Program-made: the position numbers and the translations under genes
From: Verrucomicrobiota bacterium
GTDB taxonomy: Bacteria > Verrucomicrobiota > Verrucomicrobiia > Limisphaerales > UBA9464
Length of the DNA stretch: 47,769 nt
Direction of reading: 5' to 3'
Assembly (NCBI GenBank): GCA_041688515.1
Contig: JBDNHZ010000085.1
Span: 1-47,769 of the forward strand
Shown here: positions 1 to 8,767 of the stretch, piece by piece
Position numbering within the stretch: the stretch's first letter is position 1
Layout: each line of letters opens with the position of its first letter
The notes under the pieces: model-generated
What the model saw: only the letters and a program-made list of their open reading frames with translations
What the model was told of the DNA's origin: nothing
The model's database searches: none

Positions 1-1
1 C

Positions 2-418
2 GGGCCGGTGTTCCGGTTGCGGGCGCTGTGGCTGAAATACTCGGTCATCTCCGGGTTCGCCGCCCGCGACTTCCTCAAGCAGCACAAGGACGAGGAATAC
101 CTCTCCCGCACCTCGGTCTTCGAACGGGTGGGCCGGCAGTTGGGCGAGACGCCGGTCATTCTCGGGTTGAGCGGTGCCGACCACGCCTCCATGCGTCAGG
201 TCCTGCATGTCGTCTATTCCCGTGAGGTTGCCTCGGCGTGGGTTCCCCGATTGATCGAGGTCGTGCGTGGGCAGGTGCAGGGATGGCAGCCGGGGTCGGT
301 CCACGGCGTGATGGACACTGTGGAGCGGCTTGGGTTGAGATGTATTCGACCCTCATGTGCGGGCAGTCCCTGGGGGATACCTACGACGACATCCTCCGGG
401 TCATGCGCTGGAACATGA
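2..418 (+). CDS. Cytochrome P450, N-terminal segment (5' end off-window; frame is lost near 328-336 and continues in the 238..2046 ORF)
   Basis: The frame is open from the window edge (ORF track 8..418). The translation ..ILGLSGADHASMRQVLHVVYSREVASAWVPRLIEVVRGQVQGW..VMDTVERL reads like the N-terminal half of a P450. It joins the downstream frame sensibly (..VEMYSTLMCGQSLG..) only if one base is added near the G-run at 332-334. Past about 335 this frame looks non-coding. Confidence 0.5.
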   Translation, partial: GPVFRLRALWLKYSVISGFAARDFLKQHKDEEYLSRTSVFERVGRQLGETPVILGLSGADHASMRQVLHVVYSREVASAWVPRLIEVVRGQVQGWQPGSVHGVMDTVERLGLRCIRPSCAGSPWGIPTTTSSGSCAGT

Positions 419-2046
419 ACACCGGCGGGCGCGTCTGGCCGTTCTGGTTCTACCGCATTCCCCGTTACCAACGCTCGCGTCGGCGTCTCCTCGACCGCAT
501 GGGAACCGTGGTGCGGGAACGGCGCCGGACCGGCGTGCCCGCAGGGCAATCCCCAACCACCCTCGACACCCTGTTCGCCTCGAAAGATGGATCGGGAAAG
601 GGGTTCACCGACGACGCGGCCATCTGTTACGCCACCTACGGGTTCGCCGGGAGCTGCTGTTACATGAGCCGACTGCTCGGCTTCCTGCTTTACGAAATCT
701 TCTCGCGTCCGGCGTTGCTCGCCGATCTGACGGCCGAGGTGGACCAGCATTTCGCCGACGGCATCCACGACGCTTCCGACCTGAGGGACCTCCGGCTTCT
801 CCGGGCCACCTACCTGGAGAATCTGCGGTTTCATCCGGTATCGCAGGGCATGCCGTTCCTCTCCGAGCGCGACTTTGTCTGGGGCGGTAAACGGGTGGAG
901 AAGGGCGATCTGGTGGTGTTGTCGCAGGTGCCGATGCTCTTTTCGGAAAGGCCGTTCTCGAATCCCGATCAGTTCGATCCCGAGCGCTGTCTCCCGCCGC
1001 GGAACGAACATTCCAAGGCCGACGCCTTTCATCCGTTCGGCATCGCGCACCGGACCTGTGCGGCGATGGGACTGGTGGAAACGATGGCGCTGACGGCAGT
1101 GGCGACCCTCCTGCATGAATTGAAGCTGGAGATTCGCCCCAAAGGCTACCAACTCCGGATCAAGGTCGAACCGTTGCCCAGTCCGGACGCCAGGTTTGCC
1201 CTGGGCCTAGTGGCGCGCCGGAGCGCAGCCGATCGGGTGCTGTCGAGTCGGTGCCCGGAAGAAAATCGGGTGCTGGCCCAGTTCCCCGGGGCCGATGATC
1301 CCGACGTGCAACGGTTGCTGGGGCAGGCCACCCGCCACGTCCACGGCCCGACCGAGGTCCTCGTGCGCGAGGGCGACCCCGCCGATGCCCTCTCCATTGT
1401 GGTCCACGGCGAGGTTCGGGTTTCCCGGGAACAGGACCGGAGCGATCACTCTCAATTCCTCGCCCGCCTGGTCGAAGGACAGTTCTTCGGAGAGATCGGC
1501 CTGCTCCAGAGCGCTCCCCGCAATTCCACGGTCCGCTCCGGTCCCAATGGTGCCGAGGTGCTCCGCCTCGACCGTTCGGTGGTTGATGCCCTGCTGACCG
1601 CCAATGATTTCGTTCTGGAAGAGATCGTTCGAATGGTCCGCAAACGCCTGGCGGCGGATCATCTGCTGGCGGCGTTGCCCTCGCTCCGGTCGGGCGAAGC
1701 AACCCGATGGCTGCCGGAGTTCACCGAACGTCCCTGCACGGCGGGCGCCGTCCTGATCCGCGAGGGCGATCCTGCCACGGAGTTCTTCGTGTTGACCGCC
1801 GGTGAGGTGGTCGTCGAACAGGCCGGACCGGACGGCGCAGTTCTCGAACGGGCGAGATTGTCTCCCGGGCAATACTTCGGTGAAATCGGGTTGCTGCGCG
1901 GGACGCCGCGCTCCGCGACCGTCCGGGTGGTCTCGCCGGAAGCGACCGTGCGGGTGCTCGACGCTGCCGGCTTCCAACGCTTGGTCGAGGAACAGGGCGG
2001 GGTCCGCGGAGACCTGGCGCTCGCGTTGCACCGCAGGATTACATGA
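238..2046 (+). CDS. Cytochrome P450 domain fused to two C-terminal cyclic-nucleotide-binding (CAP/PKA-type) domains
   Basis: ExxR motif ENLR (TYLENLRFHPV). Cys-ligand loop FHPFGIAHRTCAAMG. Then two cNMP phosphate-binding cassettes, FFGEIGLLQSAPRNSTV and YFGEIGLLRGTPRSATV. Genuine coding in this frame probably starts near 330, with the upstream part in the 2..418 frame. The stop overlaps the cmk start (ATGA at 2043-2046). Confidence 0.8.
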   Translation: MGSPIDRGRAWAGAGMAAGVGPRRDGHCGAAWVEMYSTLMCGQSLGDTYDDILRVMRWNMNTGGRVWPFWFYRIPRYQRSRRRLLDRMGTVVRERRRTGVPAGQSPTTLDTLFASKDGSGKGFTDDAAICYATYGFAGSCCYMSRLLGFLLYEIFSRPALLADLTAEVDQHFADGIHDASDLRDLRLLRATYLENLRFHPVSQGMPFLSERDFVWGGKRVEKGDLVVLSQVPMLFSERPFSNPDQFDPERCLPPRNEHSKADAFHPFGIAHRTCAAMGLVETMALTAVATLLHELKLEIRPKGYQLRIKVEPLPSPDARFALGLVARRSAADRVLSSRCPEENRVLAQFPGADDPDVQRLLGQATRHVHGPTEVLVREGDPADALSIVVHGEVRVSREQDRSDHSQFLARLVEGQFFGEIGLLQSAPRNSTVRSGPNGAEVLRLDRSVVDALLTANDFVLEEIVRMVRKRLAADHLLAALPSLRSGEATRWLPEFTERPCTAGAVLIREGDPATEFFVLTAGEVVVEQAGPDGAVLERARLSPGQYFGEIGLLRGTPRSATVRVVSPEATVRVLDAAGFQRLVEEQGGVRGDLALALHRRIT

Positions 2047-2714
2047 AGCGAATCATTACCATCGATGGAGGGGCTGCGACCGGGAAGTCGACCGCCATGG
2101 TCCGGATCAGTCGCGCGCTGGGCTGGCACGGGATTTCCACCGGGCACGTCTATCGGGCCGCCACCGTTCTCGCCCTCGCGGAGTGCATTTCCCCCGAGGA
2201 CGCACCCACGCAGTTGGTCGCGCGACTGCAGGAGGGGGCGCTCTCGTACGACCCGCTTTCCCATGTCTATTCCCTCAGCCAACCGGGCCTCGCGGATCAA
2301 CCCCTGTCGACAGGCCAGTTGAATTCGGTCGAGGTCTCGGCCCGCACGCCGCACTACAGCCGGATCCCCGAGGTGCGCGACGCCCTGCTGGAATTCCAGC
2401 GCGATCTGTATCGGGAACCCGGGTTGGTGGCCGACGGACGCGACTGCGGCACCGTTGTCTATCCGGATGCGACGCTGAAGGTCTGGTTGGAGGTGGATCC
2501 GGTCGAAGCGGCCCGACGTCTGCATCGTGGGCTCGGGGTTTCCTTCGAGCAGGCCTACGTCGATGTGATCGAGCGCAATCAGGCGGATCGCAGTCGTGGG
2601 GTCAGCCCGATGACCGCGGCACCCGACGCCGTGCGGGTGGACACCACGCGCCTGACCGTCGAAGAAGTCTTTGCCGTGCTGCTGGAATTGAGCCGCCGAA
2701 AAAATCTGGCCTGA
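2043..2714 (+). CDS. cmk: Cytidylate kinase
   Basis: N-terminal P-loop ITIDGGAATGKST followed by ISTGHVYRA, the typical Cmk signature. Length is 223 aa. There is a 4-nt overlap with the upstream gene. Confidence 0.85.
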   Translation: MKRIITIDGGAATGKSTAMVRISRALGWHGISTGHVYRAATVLALAECISPEDAPTQLVARLQEGALSYDPLSHVYSLSQPGLADQPLSTGQLNSVEVSARTPHYSRIPEVRDALLEFQRDLYREPGLVADGRDCGTVVYPDATLKVWLEVDPVEAARRLHRGLGVSFEQAYVDVIERNQADRSRGVSPMTAAPDAVRVDTTRLTVEEVFAVLLELSRRKNLA

Positions 2715-2830
2715 GCACCGTTCCTGGGGCCGCGGGCGTCCCCGCCCGCTTCGGTACGAGCTCCTGGGACGAGCCCCACGAGTCCGCATTCCTCGCTCCG
2801 CAGATTCGGACTCGCGGAGGGGCAAACCTC

Positions 2831-2909
2831 GGTAGCTGCCGACGTGAGGAGGCGGATGCTCCCGTGCTTCGCTTCGTCTGGGGTCCGCCTCGTTCCCTCG
2901 GCAGCTACC
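2831..2909 (+). repeat. Hairpin repeat family A, single unit
   Basis: GGTAGCTGCCGACGTGAGGAGGCGGA ..29-nt loop.. TCCGCCTCGTTCCCTCGGCAGCTACC. This gives 12-bp and 8-bp perfect stems separated by a 6x6 internal loop. The same element recurs at 32780, 35187, 35279 and as a tandem array at 47471..47769. Confidence 0.9.
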
Positions 2910-3032
2910 CCCTCGCGGAGCTCGTCCCTTGCTCCAGCGTTGTGGACAATCGCGTGCAGGCAATGGTAACCCGGGAGGCCCCGGCGGCGTCTTGGGAGAC
3001 AGGGCGGGAAACGATCAACTTCAGGAACAACA

Positions 3033-3404
3033 ATGAACTCCATGAAAACACAGGTGTTGGGTGGAATCGTGGCGCTGACCCTGCTGGGCAGCACCGGAAT
3101 GCTGGCCAAGGAATCCGAGAAGGAAGGCATCAAACCCAGGATGGGTCCGCGCAAGGTCCTCACTCAGTTTGATACCAACAAAAACGGAAAGATCGAGGGA
3201 ACCGAGGCCGCGGAACTGCGCAAGGCCTTCGAGGGCGATCTCAAGACTCAGCTCGCCAAGTTGGATCGGGACGGCAACGGCAAGCTCGACGATGCCGAGA
3301 TTTCCGCCATCAAGGTCAAGGCGGCGCCGGCCTCCGGTGGCGTCACCCCTCCGAAGCGGAACGGGAAGGGCAAGACCGTGACCGAGGGCGCCCCGGCCCA
3401 ATAA
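3033..3404 (+). CDS. Secreted EF-hand calcium-binding protein
   Basis: N-terminal signal-like segment VLGGIVALTLLGSTGMLA. Two canonical EF-hand loops, DTNKNGKIEGTE and DRDGNGKLDDAE. Confidence 0.8.
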   Translation: MNSMKTQVLGGIVALTLLGSTGMLAKESEKEGIKPRMGPRKVLTQFDTNKNGKIEGTEAAELRKAFEGDLKTQLAKLDRDGNGKLDDAEISAIKVKAAPASGGVTPPKRNGKGKTVTEGAPAQ

Positions 3405-3421
3405 ACCCTGGCCGAGGAATT

Positions 3422-3518
3422 TCACCGCAGAGACGCGGAGACCGCAGAGCCATTGAAGGGCAGACTGGATCCAGCCTTTCTCTTCGGAACTCCGAGGGGC
3501 CTGCGTTCTTTGCGGTGA
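3422..3518. repeat. Long imperfect inverted repeat between convergent genes (possible bidirectional terminator or REP-like element)
   Basis: Left arm TCACCGCAGAGACGCGG. Right arm CCTGCGTTCTTTGCGGTGA, whose reverse complement is TCACCGCAAAGAACGCAGG. The arms are imperfect and the loop is about 60 nt. Confidence 0.4.
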
Positions 3519-3552
3519 GCCCGCGCTTCAGCCGCTTCGGTGGCGGCCCTTC

Positions 3553-4305
3553 TTACCACCAGAACGAAGGGTCGCCCGTCGTCCGGACGACCATCTTATT
3601 GAACTTCACCCAGGCGGTGTGACCGTCGAGATACAGCAGGTTCCCACCGCTCGGGATCGCCCCGATCAAGTGCGGCGATTGATGTCCCCTCCAGCCGCCG
3701 TCGATCTTCGTGTACCGGTTGCGCGTACGATCGGTCTGGTTGCTTCCCATGGAGATCACTGCGTCGGCAATGATCACCCGGTCGGACGGTCCGGGGTTCA
3801 CTTCCTGGCCACTGATCAGCCAGGACCGGGGGTTGAGCGACTCGGTAATGTTGGTCCGCTGGATGCGGCCCGATCCTTCAAAGGCGAAGGAATAGCCGGC
3901 GACACGGTAGCCCGCTTCGGTCCGGGTCAGTTCGTTGGTGGAGTCGGTCGTGAACCGCCAGAGCTCGTTGTTGTTCTGCTTCGCGAACGACGGGCAGTAG
4001 AGGATCCCGCGTTGGCCGCCATTCTTGACGATCGCGTTGGCTGCCTTCGCCGGAATGTCCCACGGCCAAGCCGCCCCCGCGCAGTTGGGGAAGATGTCCT
4101 TGTTGTCGTGCGCGTACATCAGGGTGGCGATGCCCAGTTGCTTCAGGTTGTTGTTGCAGCGGACCGCCACGGCCTTCGCCTTTGCCTTGCCCAGCGCCGG
4201 CAACAGCATGCCCGCCAGGATCGCGATGATCGCAATCACGACCAGCAACTCGATCAAGGTGAAGCCGCCTGCGGCGGTCGAAGATCGTTTCCAGACGGTT
4301 TTCAT
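3553..4305 (-). CDS. Prepilin-type N-terminal cleavage/methylation domain protein (DUF1559-like C-terminus)
   Basis: [26 protein letters not shown]-terminus and a C-terminal ..[12 protein letters not shown].. motif typical of PVC-group DUF1559 proteins. The ATG at 4305 (MKTVWKR..) is preferred over the TTG at 4317 used by the ORF track. Confidence 0.85.
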   Translation of the reverse strand: MKTVWKRSSTAAGGFTLIELLVVIAIIAILAGMLLPALGKAKAKAVAVRCNNNLKQLGIATLMYAHDNKDIFPNCAGAAWPWDIPAKAANAIVKNGGQRGILYCPSFAKQNNNELWRFTTDSTNELTRTEAGYRVAGYSFAFEGSGRIQRTNITESLNPRSWLISGQEVNPGPSDRVIIADAVISMGSNQTDRTRNRYTKIDGGWRGHQSPHLIGAIPSGGNLLYLDGHTAWVKFNKMVVRTTGDPSFWW

Positions 4306-4405
4306 GTTCTCAGGCAAAAAGGCAGGTCGCGCTCACGGACAAAGTGGAGGGTGTGACGCTGGCCGTTTTCCCGCGAGGTCGCCATGAACTCTTGCGGAAA
4401 ACCTC

Positions 4406-5587
4406 ATGAGGTATTTTCCCGGCATCGACGCCACGCCTCCGCTCCGCTGGAATGACTTTGTGAAATCCGGCCTCCCTCCCGCCGCGGAACCCGATGGCCC
4501 CCTCCACGTCTGCGTGCGGGGTCGTCGGCTCGCGTACTTCGGCGGGAGCGACTACTTCCGCCTCGCCTGGCATCCCGAGGTCCGACGTTCCCTCACCCGC
4601 GCCCTCCGTGACGGCGGGATCGACGTCGCCGCCTCACGCGTGACCACTGGCAACCGGGTGGTTTACGTCGAGGCCGAGAAGGCCTTGGCCCGATGGATGG
4701 GGACCGGCTCCGCCACGCTGGTTTCCTCGGGGTACCTCGCGCCCCTGGTCGCGGCCCAGGCGCTTGCCAGTCGCTGCGACGCTGCGGTGTGCGTTGCCGG
4801 AGCGCATCCCTGCCTGCGCGATGCCGCCGCCGCCAGCGGCCTGCCCGTTGCCGAGGTCCCTCACCCCAGTGCCCTCACCGCGGTCTGCGATCAGCAAGGT
4901 TGGAGACGTCCGCTCCTGCTCCGGGACGGCGTGAGTGCCCTCACCGGACGCTTTCAACCGCTCCAACCGTGGCTGACCGCGTTGCCTCCCGAGGGATTCC
5001 TGCTCCTCGACGATGCCCACGGGGTCGGGACGATGGATCGACAGGGGCGCGGGGGGGCCGAAGTGGAAGACATCCGGGATCCCCGGATCCTGTGGGCGTT
5101 CACGCTCAGCAAGGCGTTCGGGCTCTACGGCGGTGTGGTGGCCGGTCCCACTTGGCTGGCTTCCGCCCTCTGGGAAGGCAGTCGCGCCGCCCGCGGGGGA
5201 ACCCCCATTCCTCCCGCCTACGCCGCCGCCGTTCCGGGAGTGCTGCGCCTGCTCCGTCTGCACGGTCTCCGATGGCGCAACACCCTCGTCGAGCATCGGG
5301 ACCGGGTCTCGCAGGCCCTGAACTCCCTCGAAGCTCCCAGATCGTCCGATCATTTCGGACCGGTCTTTGGAATTGCCGCCAACGATCCGATCCGACAGCG
5401 CCGATTGTTCAAAGCCCTCCGCTTCGCCGGGATCGAGCCCCCGTTCATCCGCTATCCCGGCGGACCGGAATGTGGACTCTTCCGCTTCGCCCTGTCCTCC
5501 GCCCATTCCACCGCCTCCATCGGACGCCTCGTCGAGGTGCTGTCAGCGGAATGCTCCCATTCGCCCTCCGGCTACCGCTGGCTGTGA
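4406..5587 (+). CDS. bioF: 8-amino-7-oxononanoate synthase-like PLP enzyme (alpha-oxoamine synthase family)
   Basis: YFGGSDYFRLAWHPEV (compare the NdYLGL pattern), DDAHGVG, and the PLP-lysine motif TLSKAFG. bioD lies elsewhere in the window. Substrate assignment is by family resemblance only. Confidence 0.7.
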   Translation: MRYFPGIDATPPLRWNDFVKSGLPPAAEPDGPLHVCVRGRRLAYFGGSDYFRLAWHPEVRRSLTRALRDGGIDVAASRVTTGNRVVYVEAEKALARWMGTGSATLVSSGYLAPLVAAQALASRCDAAVCVAGAHPCLRDAAAASGLPVAEVPHPSALTAVCDQQGWRRPLLLRDGVSALTGRFQPLQPWLTALPPEGFLLLDDAHGVGTMDRQGRGGAEVEDIRDPRILWAFTLSKAFGLYGGVVAGPTWLASALWEGSRAARGGTPIPPAYAAAVPGVLRLLRLHGLRWRNTLVEHRDRVSQALNSLEAPRSSDHFGPVFGIAANDPIRQRRLFKALRFAGIEPPFIRYPGGPECGLFRFALSSAHSTASIGRLVEVLSAECSHSPSGYRWL

Positions 5588-6084
5588 AGCCAACCCGGCG
5601 ATGAAGCCGGTCCTGCTCGCCTTTTTCGGTGACGGAAAGCTTGACGGGGAGGGCGGGAACGGTGGGTGGAAACCGGCTCGATTGAAGCCGCGGAGTCGTC
5701 GGGTATCGCCAACGAAAAAACGGGGTAAATCCGGGCCTAAACGGGAATGTGAATAACTTGGGAACAACGACGAATAGGTTTCCCTCGTTCGAGCGGCTTC
5801 GGTCGCCTACAAGCCTCGCCCTCCAATGGAGTGTTTCCAGTCGGGACCGGGTCCTGCGGGTGCGGGAGTGGTTGTGGCAATGCGGTTGTAAAGATATGAA
5901 AATCAGTGATTTGAGCCAGTTTCAACGGGTGCAGTTGACAGGGAGTTTCCAAGGTGAGGCGGGCTTGATCGGTGACGGCGGCATCGCGCAAATCACTGGA
6001 TTGTTGCCGGTTACGGAGATGAAACAGAACGAGGTGAATAAACCCTTGTTTTCGCTCTGAACCTGCTAACTCTTGCACCCCCTC
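5588..6084. other. Non-coding region upstream of dnaA; candidate dnaA promoter / oriC-type region
   Basis: A 497-bp gap, visibly less GC-rich than its flanks. There is one 8/9 match to the DnaA box TGTGGATAA (TGTGAATAA, 5748-5756) and one 7/9 match (GGTGAATAA, 6033-6041). There is also an inverted pair, AAATCAGTGATTT (about 5899) and AAATCACTGGATT (about 5989). No strong box cluster is seen. Confidence 0.3.
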
Positions 6085-7482
6085 ATGTTGCTCAACGCCG
6101 AAGCCGTCTGGTCCGCCGCGCAGGAACTCCTGCGGGGCATGCTGAAGGCTGAAATTTACGCGCTTTGGTTTGCCCCGGTGCGGGCGGCTCAGGCCGAGGG
6201 TGACTCGCTCCAGTTGCTGGTCTCGGATGAGTTCTGTGAGCTGTGGCTGAAGGACAATTACCTCGACCTGCTGCGGTCCGTGGTCAGCCGGGCGGCGGTC
6301 CGCCCGATGCAGGTCGAATTCCGGGTCGATACCTCGGTTCGTGCGGTGGGTTCAGACTCCCCGCCAATGACGGGCGGCGGTCTGGGCAACCTCTCGGAGA
6401 TCCCGGCGCTGGATTCCAAGGGGAAGGTGGAACTGGAGACCGAGGTCGCCGGCCGCGGCGAGCCTCCGTTCAATCCAAACAACACCTTCGAAACCTTCGT
6501 TGTCGGGGACAACAACCAGTTTGCCCACAGCACCGCCCTCGCCGTGGCCCACAACCCGGGCAAGGCGTTCAACCCGCTGTTCCTGTTTGGGGGAGTGGGG
6601 CTGGGGAAAACGCATCTGCTGCATGCCATCGGGCATCATGTGCTCCAAAGCCGGCGCGGGGCGCGCGTGGCCTACCTGAGCTGTGAACGGTTCACCAACG
6701 AGTTCATTGACGCGCTTCAGACCAATTCGCTGGTCAAGTTCCGCCGGCGCTACCGGCAGATCGATGTCCTGCTGGTGGACGACATCCAGTTTCTGGGCGG
6801 CAAGGAGCGGATCCAGGAGGAGTTCTTTCACACGTTCAACGCCCTCCACGAAGCGCGAAAGCAGATCGTCCTCTGCTGCGATCGTCCGGCCAGCGAGATC
6901 CAGGGCCTCGAACAGCGGCTGATTTCCCGTTTCGAGTGGGGCCAGACGGCAGATGTCCAGCCGCCCGATGTCGAGACACGCCTCGCCATCCTGCGCAAGA
7001 AGGAGAAGGCCTTGGGTTTCTCCATTCCCCCCGAGATCACCAACTTTCTGGCGGAACGGATCCGCACCAACGTCCGCCGTCTGGAGGGGGCCTTCACCCG
7101 GGTGGCGGCTTACGCCCAGCTGACCGGCCGGCCGCTGACGCTGGAGACCGTCGAGTCCCTCTTGCGCGAGATCCTTCAGGAGGAAGGACGCCAGACCATC
7201 TCCATCGATTCCATCCAGAAGCGGGTGGCGGAGCACTACGACATCCGCCTCGCGGACATGACCTCGAAGCGTCGGCCAGAGAACATCGCCTTCCCCCGGC
7301 AGGTGGCGATGTACTTGGCGCGGCAGCTGACCGAATCTTCGTTGGCCGCCATCGGCGATGCCTTCGGCGGCCGCGATCACGGGACCGTGCTGCACGCCTG
7401 CCGACAGGTGAAGGACCGGATGGAAGTGGATCCCAACGTGCGGCAGACGGTGAGCTACCTCGAAAAGCAGCTTCTCCGCTGA
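6085..7482 (+). CDS. dnaA: Chromosomal replication initiator protein DnaA
   Basis: Walker A GGVGLGKTHLL, Walker B LLVDDIQF, and the C-terminal DNA-binding helix with AIGDAFGGRDHGTVLHA. The in-frame ATG at 6085 is preferred over the TTG at 6073. Confidence 0.97.
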   Translation: MLLNAEAVWSAAQELLRGMLKAEIYALWFAPVRAAQAEGDSLQLLVSDEFCELWLKDNYLDLLRSVVSRAAVRPMQVEFRVDTSVRAVGSDSPPMTGGGLGNLSEIPALDSKGKVELETEVAGRGEPPFNPNNTFETFVVGDNNQFAHSTALAVAHNPGKAFNPLFLFGGVGLGKTHLLHAIGHHVLQSRRGARVAYLSCERFTNEFIDALQTNSLVKFRRRYRQIDVLLVDDIQFLGGKERIQEEFFHTFNALHEARKQIVLCCDRPASEIQGLEQRLISRFEWGQTADVQPPDVETRLAILRKKEKALGFSIPPEITNFLAERIRTNVRRLEGAFTRVAAYAQLTGRPLTLETVESLLREILQEEGRQTISIDSIQKRVAEHYDIRLADMTSKRRPENIAFPRQVAMYLARQLTESSLAAIGDAFGGRDHGTVLHACRQVKDRMEVDPNVRQTVSYLEKQLLR

Positions 7483-7486
7483 TTCC

Positions 7487-8704
7487 ATGCCTTCCTTCCT
7501 GTCCATCGGGCGTGCGGCGGGAATCGGGTGTTGGATCCTGCTCGCTGGCGGGTTGCGGGCGGAGTCGCTCCCCGAGCGCACCGACCTGTTTCCGCCGGAG
7601 ACATGGCATAATCACGGTTCGTGCCTCCTCGAGCTCCCCGACGGGCAGCTTTTGGTCTGCTGGTTTCACGGCTCCGGGGAACGCAAGTCGGACGATGTCC
7701 GGATCGAGGGATCCCGCCGTGGTCGGCGTGGGGGGCCATGGCAGCCGCGGTTCGTCATGGCGGATACGCCGGGCTATCCGGATACCAATCCGTGTCTCTT
7801 CCTGGATGGCGACCAGCGGCTGTGGCTGATGTACCCGACCATTCTCGCCAACCTGTGGGAGAGTGCCCTGATGAAGGTAAAGCTCAGCCGGGATTATCGT
7901 CGCTCCGGAGCGCCCCGGTGGGAGAGCGAAGAGATCCTTCACGTCACGCCGGGAGCCGAGTTTGGCGAGGCAGTGGCCCGGGTACTTCCGACGCTGGAAA
8001 AGGAGGCCCGGGCGGCGGGTTGGAGCGCGAAGACCCAGGCGGAAGTGCAGGAGTACCTCGATTCCTTCCGGTTGAATTCGACCAACAAGCTTTACCTGCG
8101 GCTCGGCTGGATGACCCGGGCGCACCCGGTGGTGGTTGAAGGCGGGCGCCTCTTGGTGCCGCTTTATCACGATGGATTTTCGGCGTCCCTGTTCGCCTAT
8201 TCGGACGATTCAGGCGGCACCTGGAAGACCAGTCCCCCGTTGATCGGTGGAGGGAATATCCAGCCGTCGGTAGTCGCCCGTGCCGACGGAGCTCTCGTTA
8301 CCTACATGCGCGACAATGGCCCGCCTCCCAAGCGCCTGATGATGGCCGAGTCGACGGATCGTGGGGCCACCTGGGGGCCGGTGCGGGACAGTGAGATTCC
8401 CAACCCAGGCTCGGGTGCGGATGTCATCCGCCTGAAGGATGGGCGCTGGCTCTTCGTGGGAAATGACACCGAGGACGGGCGTCATCGGTTGGGAGTTTGG
8501 ATCTCTGCCGACGAGGGGCGCACCTGGCCGTGGCGACGGGCGCTGGAGGAGGCGTTGCCCGGGACCGATTCCTTCGGTTATCCCAGCGCGTTACAGTCCC
8601 GCAATGGCCGGATCCATGTGAGTTACAGCGTCCGGACCCCGGCGGGTGGGACGATCCGGCACGCGGAGTTCGAGATCGGCTGGGTGGTTGGCGGCAGGCC
8701 GTGA
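7487..8704 (+). CDS. BNR/Asp-box repeat exo-alpha-sialidase-like glycosidase (secreted)
   Basis: Signal-like N-terminus. Three Asp-box repeats of the SxDxGxTW type: SDDSGGTWK, STDRGATWG, SADEGRTWP. Confidence 0.8.
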   Translation: MPSFLSIGRAAGIGCWILLAGGLRAESLPERTDLFPPETWHNHGSCLLELPDGQLLVCWFHGSGERKSDDVRIEGSRRGRRGGPWQPRFVMADTPGYPDTNPCLFLDGDQRLWLMYPTILANLWESALMKVKLSRDYRRSGAPRWESEEILHVTPGAEFGEAVARVLPTLEKEARAAGWSAKTQAEVQEYLDSFRLNSTNKLYLRLGWMTRAHPVVVEGGRLLVPLYHDGFSASLFAYSDDSGGTWKTSPPLIGGGNIQPSVVARADGALVTYMRDNGPPPKRLMMAESTDRGATWGPVRDSEIPNPGSGADVIRLKDGRWLFVGNDTEDGRHRLGVWISADEGRTWPWRRALEEALPGTDSFGYPSALQSRNGRIHVSYSVRTPAGGTIRHAEFEIGWVVGGRP

Positions 8705-8767
8705 TCTGGTTCGGAAGCTTCACTCCGCCGTCATGAGACCGTGACACGGCAGTCGGAAGGTCTGCCC

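Noticed and set aside
214-1152. Long antisense or out-of-frame ORFs overlapping well-supported genes (e.g. 214..1152-, 6352..7581-, 16567..18294+, 18671..19774-, 20984..22363+, 28135..30003-, 36334..38061-, 40781..43009+, 45348..47003+)
   Set aside because: These are typical shadow ORFs of high-GC DNA. Their translations are Arg/Pro/Gly-rich low-complexity with no motifs, and each overlaps a gene with clear family signatures on the other strand or frame.
5749-6060. 103-aa ORF in the dnaA upstream region
   Set aside because: It has no motif, no convincing start context and atypical composition for this genome's genes. The region is more plausibly regulatory or non-coding.
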